Assembly: GCA_965243255.1 (NCBI GenBank) | Contig: CBDEUH010000004.1 | Location: 693,981 to 757,980, forward strand | DNA: 64,000 nucleotides | Direction: 5' to 3' | Origin: Dehalococcoidia bacterium | GTDB lineage: Bacteria > Chloroflexota > Dehalococcoidia > Lucifugimonadales > UBA3495 | In this document: one piece after another, positions 58,321 through 64,000 of the stretch | Layout: every line of letters starts with the position of its first letter | Position numbering within the stretch: the first letter of the stretch is position 1 | Made by a program: the position numbers and the translations under genes | Notes under the pieces: generated by a model | The model's input: only the letters and a program-made list of their open reading frames with translations | Databases searched by the model: none | Told to the model about the DNA's origin: nothing

Positions 58321-61281
58321 GTGGCTCGGAAAGGACAAGACAGGCTGGCCCCAAAAACGGGTACGCGTCGAATGGTATCCACAGGACGAGACAGACTCAT
58401 TCCCGGCGTCCTGCGGTTGCTTGTCCTGGGCAGCGCGATAATCACACTATTGGCGGCGGCTTGCGGCGACCAGCCTCTCTCCACCGACGGGGAGAGGATT
58501 GGCCGGGAACTTTCTGATGACCGCAAACCGCTGGTCGCCTTGTACAATGCCACCAACGGCGCCGAATGGAGGAACAGCTCTCGATGGCTAACCGAGGAGT
58601 CTGTGGGATTTTGGCACGGTGTCATGTGGGGGGATCGCCAACGGGTTTCCGGTGGTCCCACTGGCAGCACCTTAATTATTGATGAAGGAGTTACGGAGCT
58701 GCACCTGGATAACAACGGATTGACAGGGGAAATACCCTCGGAGTTGGGCAATTTGGATTTTCTGGGGAGGCTGTTTCTTGGAGGAAACCGGCTAAGTGGG
58801 GAGATACCTTCCCAGCTGGGCAACCTCAACTCCTTGACGCATCTATTCCTGAACGGAAACGGATTGAGCGGGGAGATACCGAAGAATCTGGCTAAAGCCC
58901 GGTACCTGTCGTACCTGCATCTTGGCGGAAACCAGTTGAGCGGTGAGATACCCTCCGAACTGGGCGACTTGAGGGACCTGATTTCTCTGAGCCTCAGCCA
59001 CAACAATTTGACCGGCGAAATCCCCTCCAGCCTGGGCAGTCTGCGTCGGCTGTCAAACCTTCACCTCACCGGAAATCAATTGGCCGGCCAGATTCCTGAC
59101 GAGTTGAACCGTTCCGATTTCGGTAGCATATATCTGGGTGGGAATCAGCTCACCGGTTGCATACCTGGCCGTCTGGCTTCCGCTGCGAGGCACGACCTCT
59201 TGAAGCTTCGCCTGCCGCTCTGTGGGAGTGGAGCTGTGTTTCAGCCGGAGGGTGACGTGGCCGCGTTGACCGCACTGTATTTTGCCACTGACGGAGAAAA
59301 CTGGACTGACGACAGCAACTGGATGATTACCGACGGGCGGACAAATAAGCCTGTACCTCGGTGGCACGGCGTGAGGATAGCTCCCGGAACCGGTTACCCC
59401 GTGGAATCGCTGTTGCTGCCGGGGAATCACTTGAACGGCTCAATCCCTCCCGAACTGGGAAATCTGGCGTACATCCGATTGCTCAATCTGGCGCAAAACA
59501 ACCTGAGCGGTGAGATTCCCCCGTCGCTGAGCAATTTGCAAACACTCTGGGAACTGAACCTTTCCGATAACAACCTAAACGGTCAGATACCCGACGAGTT
59601 GACCGGCATGGTGAATCTGATTGACGTGGACCTGAGCGGGAATCAGTTGATCGGAGAGATACCTGCGGGGCTGAGCGACCTGAGCCGTTTGGCCCACCTT
59701 GACCTTAGCGGAAACGAACTGACCGGCGAGATTCCGCGAGAGCTGGTCGACATTCGGCTGGCAACGCTGCGCCTGGCGGGAAACAGGTTTACGGGGTGTA
59801 TCCTCGGCGGCCTGACTCGGGTTCCCAAAAATGACCTGTCCGAGATCGGGTTACCCTACTGTGATGAACGGGGGAACCAGGTCTTTCCGGCTCGAGACCG
59901 GGCCGCGCTGACCGCGCTTTACCACGCCACCGGCGGAGAAGACTGGAGGGATAACACCAACTGGCTGACAGACAAGCCGCTGGGGACCTGGTATGGCGTC
60001 GGAGCCGCGTGGGATTCAAACAGCGTTACGGCGCTAAACCTGAGTCAGAACAACTTGCGCGGGGAAATTCCGCACCAGTTGGGCGATATTGATAATCTTC
60101 GGAAGCTGGACTTGTCGAAAAATTACCTTACCGGGAAGATTCCGTCCGAACTGAGCAAGCTGGATAAAATGCTGGACCTAGAGCTGTACTGGAATGAGTT
60201 GAGCGGTGGGATACCCGTTCAGCTAAGCGACCTCTCGTCACTGCAAAGGCTGTCTCTGGGGAGAAACAAATTGAGCGGGGAGATACCGGCCGAGTTGGGC
60301 AACCTGCACGGTCTCGAGGATCTGCGACTTTCCGGGAACAATTTGAGCGGGGAGATACCGGCCGAGTTGGGCAACCTGCACAGTCTCGAGGGGCTGCGAC
60401 TTTCCGGGAACAAATTGAGCGGAGAGATACCGGCCGAGTTGGCAGGGGCCCGGAGCCTGGTCAAGCTTTCTCTCGGTGAGAACGAATTGTCAGGGTGCAT
60501 TGCCAAGGAGTTGTACAGTATCGATGACAACGACCTGAAAACCCTCAAACTGCCGACCTGCGTAAAGCGAGTTACCTCCGCTCCTCCTGGCAGCGTCCTG
60601 GCTGCCCTGATCGCCCTCTACAATGCTACCGGGGGAGAAGACTGGCAGGACAACACCAACTGGTTGACGGACCAGCCGATAAAAACGTGGTACGGGGTCA
60701 GCACCGATTTGAATTCAGGCAACGTCATTGCGCTACACCTCGATGGGAACAACCTGAGCGGGCAAATGCCGCCCGAGTTGGGCAACCTCAAAGACCTCCA
60801 GCATCTGAATCTATCAAGAAACGCCTTCACGGGAAGGATACCTGCCGAGATTGGCGAACTCTCGTCGCTGGAATACCTGGATCTGCGGGACAGCAACTTG
60901 ACCGGGACGATTCCGCCACAGTTGGGCCGGCTGGCCCATCTGTACCGGCTCTACCTGAATGGGAACCGACTGACAGGGCAAATTCCTGCCGAGATGGGCA
61001 ACCTGCATAGCCTGTTTGACCTATCGCTTCGGGACAATAATCTGAGCGGGCAAATTCCTCCGGCAATGGGTAACCTCCATAACCTGGGGGTGTTGAAACT
61101 TCAGAACAACAACCTGAGCGGAGAAATACCGGCCGAGTTGGCCGGCGCCCGCAGCCTGGGGGTAGTTTATCTCGGTGGAAACCCGCTTACCGGGTGCATC
61201 CCCCGGGGCTGGCCGAAACTCGGACACAGCGACTTCGCGACGATTCAAATGCCCTTGCGGTTCTGTCGAGAATCGCAATAG
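58321..61281 (+). CDS. four-module plant-type leucine-rich-repeat lipoprotein
   Basis: LLAAAC lipobox; four ALY.AT.G..W..W...W.GV caps; 24-aa L.L..N.L.G.IP.ELG repeats; GCI caps; start may be 58372. Confidence 0.9.
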   Translation: MARKGQDRLAPKTGTRRMVSTGRDRLIPGVLRLLVLGSAIITLLAAACGDQPLSTDGERIGRELSDDRKPLVALYNATNGAEWRNSSRWLTEESVGFWHGVMWGDRQRVSGGPTGSTLIIDEGVTELHLDNNGLTGEIPSELGNLDFLGRLFLGGNRLSGEIPSQLGNLNSLTHLFLNGNGLSGEIPKNLAKARYLSYLHLGGNQLSGEIPSELGDLRDLISLSLSHNNLTGEIPSSLGSLRRLSNLHLTGNQLAGQIPDELNRSDFGSIYLGGNQLTGCIPGRLASAARHDLLKLRLPLCGSGAVFQPEGDVAALTALYFATDGENWTDDSNWMITDGRTNKPVPRWHGVRIAPGTGYPVESLLLPGNHLNGSIPPELGNLAYIRLLNLAQNNLSGEIPPSLSNLQTLWELNLSDNNLNGQIPDELTGMVNLIDVDLSGNQLIGEIPAGLSDLSRLAHLDLSGNELTGEIPRELVDIRLATLRLAGNRFTGCILGGLTRVPKNDLSEIGLPYCDERGNQVFPARDRAALTALYHATGGEDWRDNTNWLTDKPLGTWYGVGAAWDSNSVTALNLSQNNLRGEIPHQLGDIDNLRKLDLSKNYLTGKIPSELSKLDKMLDLELYWNELSGGIPVQLSDLSSLQRLSLGRNKLSGEIPAELGNLHGLEDLRLSGNNLSGEIPAELGNLHSLEGLRLSGNKLSGEIPAELAGARSLVKLSLGENELSGCIAKELYSIDDNDLKTLKLPTCVKRVTSAPPGSVLAALIALYNATGGEDWQDNTNWLTDQPIKTWYGVSTDLNSGNVIALHLDGNNLSGQMPPELGNLKDLQHLNLSRNAFTGRIPAEIGELSSLEYLDLRDSNLTGTIPPQLGRLAHLYRLYLNGNRLTGQIPAEMGNLHSLFDLSLRDNNLSGQIPPAMGNLHNLGVLKLQNNNLSGEIPAELAGARSLGVVYLGGNPLTGCIPRGWPKLGHSDFATIQMPLRFCRESQ
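60271..60441 (+). repeat. near-identical 72-bp tandem LRR-coding repeats
   Basis: TTGAGCGG.GAGATACCGGCCGAGTTGG at 60271, 60343, 60415. Confidence 0.85.
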
Positions 61282-61354
61282 GCGCATGCTGAACCCGGCC
61301 GCCCATCTACGCGGGTTATGCCAGTTGCATTCGGTGTCCCTGTGGTTATGGGAA

Positions 61355-62959
61355 TCAGGGGTCGATGAGGACGCCGGGGTTGAGGATGCCGTTGGGGTCA
61401 ACGGAGCGCTTGACGGCGCGCAGGGCGTCGGCGAAGGGGTCGGGCCGCTGCTGGTCGTACCAGGGGCGATGGGTTCGGCCCACGGCGTGATGGTGAGTGA
61501 TGGTGCCGCCGGCGGCCATGACGGCGTCGGAGGCGGCCTGCTTGATGGCGGCGTGGGCTTCCAGTTCGCCGCCGACCTGGCCCAGGCCCTCGAAGGTGTA
61601 GTAAGGCGCCGGGCCGTCGGGATAGACGTGGGTGAAGCGGCAGGAAACGCGACCTCCGCCGCAGGTGTCTTGCAAGGCGTCCTGCAGGGCAGAGCGCACC
61701 ATTTCATCCATGGCCGGCCAGCGTTCCCAGGTGATGGAGGTTTCCAGCGTTTCGGCGACGATGCCGAAGCCGATGGTGGCGTTGCGCTCGTAGGGGGCGT
61801 TGATGAAGGAGTTGCGCCAGCTGCCTACCGCGCCCTGGCGTCCGGCGGATGAACCGGAGTTCTCGGCGGCGTCGGCAACTACGATGGCCTCTTCGTCGAT
61901 GGACCCACCGGCGTCGCGGGCGATGGCGACGGCCTGGCGGATGTTGTCGCCCTGGGGCAGTTCGGCGGACTCGAAACCTACAATCAACAGGGCCTGCTTG
62001 CCGTCCAGGCCGGCGAAGTCCTGCGCCTCGGCCGGGTCGAGCATACGGAGGTTGGCGGGCCACTGCTTGGCCTGGGCGATGAGGCGCGCGCCCTCGGAGG
62101 CGGCGGCCATGCCGTCGAAGACGACGCCGGCCGAGGCTCGGAAACGGGGGCGGGCCTGAATCCGCATCCAGGCTTCGGTGATGACGCCGAGGATGCCCTC
62201 GCTGCCGATAATCATGCGGTCGGGCGACGGGCCGGCGCCGCTGCCGGGGAGGCGTCGGGACTCCCAGACGCCGGAGGGGGTTACCATGCGAACGGACTCA
62301 ACGAAGTCGTCGATGTGGGTGTGGTTGGTGGCGTAGTGTCCGCCGCTGCGGGTGGCGATCCAGCCACCCAGGGAGGAGAACTCGAAGCTCTGGGGGAAGT
62401 GGCGCAGGGTGTATCCGTGGGGACGGAGCTGCGCTTCGAGGGCCGGGCCGAGGACGCCGGCCTGGATGCGGGCGGCGCGGGAAGTGTCGTCGATCTCCAG
62501 CACCTGGTCGAGGCGGGTCAGGTCGATGGTAACGACGGCGTCGGCTGGCGGGGGTTCGACGCCGGCGACGACGGTGCTGCCGCCGCCGTAGGGGATGGCG
62601 ACGATGTTGGAGTTGGAGCACCAGTCGAGAACGGTTACCAGTTCGGCTTCGGTGCGGGGGTAGGCGATAACGTCGGGCGGGTTGGGGAAGTCGCAGTTGA
62701 AGCCGCGGATGCGGTCGCGGAAGCTGCGGCCATAGGTGTGGGCGGCGCGGTCGTGGTCGTCGGTGGAGCAGAACTCGGCGACCAGGGGATGAGGCAGGAT
62801 GCGAGGCGGGCGCAGGTTGAGGTCGTCGTCGGTAGGCGGCTGGGGCGGCGTAAGGGTTGCGCCGTAACGCTGGTAGATGCGCCGGGCCATGGCGTCGTAG
62901 TCGGCGGGGGTAGGCTGGGTGTCTTCGTTGCCCCAGGCCCAGAAACTGCGGCGGGTCAT
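61355..62959 (-). CDS. FAD-linked oxidase, alkyl-DHAP-synthase-like
   Basis: PYGGG, HFPQSFEFSSLGGWIATRSGG, GSEGILGVIT, THHHAVG, LNPG. Confidence 0.88.
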   Translation of the reverse strand: MTRRSFWAWGNEDTQPTPADYDAMARRIYQRYGATLTPPQPPTDDDLNLRPPRILPHPLVAEFCSTDDHDRAAHTYGRSFRDRIRGFNCDFPNPPDVIAYPRTEAELVTVLDWCSNSNIVAIPYGGGSTVVAGVEPPPADAVVTIDLTRLDQVLEIDDTSRAARIQAGVLGPALEAQLRPHGYTLRHFPQSFEFSSLGGWIATRSGGHYATNHTHIDDFVESVRMVTPSGVWESRRLPGSGAGPSPDRMIIGSEGILGVITEAWMRIQARPRFRASAGVVFDGMAAASEGARLIAQAKQWPANLRMLDPAEAQDFAGLDGKQALLIVGFESAELPQGDNIRQAVAIARDAGGSIDEEAIVVADAAENSGSSAGRQGAVGSWRNSFINAPYERNATIGFGIVAETLETSITWERWPAMDEMVRSALQDALQDTCGGGRVSCRFTHVYPDGPAPYYTFEGLGQVGGELEAHAAIKQAASDAVMAAGGTITHHHAVGRTHRPWYDQQRPDPFADALRAVKRSVDPNGILNPGVLIDP

Positions 62960-62986
62960 GCTATCACTCCTGTGCGGGGATAGCGA

Positions 62987-63062
62987 TGGTCGGGGTGAGT
63001 GGATTCGAACCACCGACCTCCACGTCCCGAACGTGGCGCGCTAGCCACTGCGCTACACCCCG
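62987..63062 (-). tRNA. tRNA-Pro(CGG)
   Basis: CGGGGTG acceptor, CCACG-TTCGGGA-CGTGG anticodon arm, GTTCGAATC, CCA. Confidence 0.95.
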
Positions 63063-63096
63063 ACTATGTTTTCATTGTAGCATATGAACTATCGGA

Positions 63097-63133
63097 ATCA
63101 GGATTCTGGGGATTAGAGGATTTACGGGATTGG
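63097..63133. repeat. 9-bp-period GGATT (AATCC) repeat
   Basis: ATCAGGATTCTGGGGATTAGAGGATTTACGGGATT. Confidence 0.6.
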
Positions 63134-63146
63134 GTGGGGGAGCTGA

Positions 63147-64000
63147 TTAGTTGAGCGCTCCTGGACGGGGTGGGAAGAGGGTTGCGGCCAGGATGCCCAG
63201 GGAGGTGAGGGCGGCTACGGTCAGGACGCCGGTGGTGAGGGAGTCGGCAGCCTGGGCGACGGCGCCGGCGAGCACCGGGCCGGCGCTGAATCCGACGGCG
63301 CTGAAGGTGAGCACCAGGGCCGTGAGCATTGAAACCTGCCGGGGGGCGATGCCGGCGAACTCGAAGGGCAGCACCTCCATGGCCGGCACGAAGACCCAAA
63401 CAAGGCCCAGGCCCGTCAAGGCCAGCGCCGCCAGGGTGAAGTTGCCGGAGAGCAACGCGCCGACGGTGAAGGCGGTGTTGAGCGCAGCCGGCAGCAGCAC
63501 CATGATCCGGCGGTTGGTTACGTGCTTGAATATCCGGCTGCCGACCGGGGCGCCGGGAATCAGGGCGTAGTAGAGGAAGCCGAAGAGGATGCTGCCGGCG
63601 GAGATGGCGATGCCGCGTTCGACCTCAAGGATGGTGGGCAGGAAGGTGAGCACGGTGGTCCAGGAGGCGGACAGGCAGAGCATGATGCAGCCGAGGAGCC
63701 AGGCATGGGGGTAGGCGCGCAGGGTGCTGATGAGGGAGGGGGTGTTCGCATCCGCAAGGGGAGATGGGGTGTCGTGCCGGTTCTCTTCGTCAGGGGGCGC
63801 GGGGGTGTCGGTTTCGAGTGGTGGCGGAGGGTTGCGGGTGATGAATGCCCAGATGATGAGTTGGACGGCCAGCAGACCGGCTTGCAGGAAGTAGGCCAGC
63901 CGCCAACTGGCTAGAGCGACGATAATGAGGGGGCTGAAAGTGAGGGTGGCCGCCATCCAGGTGGAATGCGCCGAAAGTCCGACGGAGGTTATGGTGGCGT
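63147..64000 (-). CDS. MFS transporter (5' end beyond window)
   Basis: Multiple TM helices, WR motif, central loop, FLPT..., GPVLAG.VA. Confidence 0.75.
   Translation of the reverse strand, partial: ATITSVGLSAHSTWMAATLTFSPLIIVALASWRLAYFLQAGLLAVQLIIWAFITRNPPPPLETDTPAPPDEENRHDTPSPLADANTPSLISTLRAYPHAWLLGCIMLCLSASWTTVLTFLPTILEVERGIAISAGSILFGFLYYALIPGAPVGSRIFKHVTNRRIMVLLPAALNTAFTVGALLSGNFTLAALALTGLGLVWVFVPAMEVLPFEFAGIAPRQVSMLTALVLTFSAVGFSAGPVLAGAVAQAADSLTTGVLTVAALTSLGILAATLFPPRPGALN

Noticed and set aside
60271-61160. DGR template/variable repeat pair in the LRR gene
   Set aside because: Differences are not adenine-specific and there is no RT; explained by LRR duplication

Overview
High-GC bacterial chromosomal segment, most consistent with a Chloroflexota/Dehalococcoidia (SAR202-like) genome. 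This is inferred from three LLM oxidoreductases, an 11-subunit nuo operon lacking nuoEFG, SdhAB with an HdrB-like anchor and GAAC-N4-GTTC SOS boxes. A modular plant-type LRR lipoprotein suggests a host-associated (e.g. sponge) lifestyle. Core genes include smpB, purF/M/H, rpmH-rnpA-yidD-yidC-jag, ggt, icd, mdh, sdhAB, NAD kinase, nuoA-D/H-N, rdgB, moaA/moaC, tRNA(CAT) and tRNA-Pro(CGG). Accessory content includes a CfrBI-like restriction-modification pair, a UGSC selenoprotein operon (in-frame TGA plus SECIS-like hairpin) and several REP-like repeat families. The most notable unexplained signal is two apparently homologous elements, at 21466-21983 (+) and 50074-50540 (-). Each has a sigma70 promoter with a LexA-type box in an 18-nt spacer, a ~415-440 nt leader with nested long-range helices sharing motifs and compensatory changes, an A/C-rich tract, an AAGGAGCC RBS and an orphan ORF. 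Together they are a candidate undescribed SOS-controlled structured RNA/ssDNA element family. All calls are from manual reading; no database searches were run.
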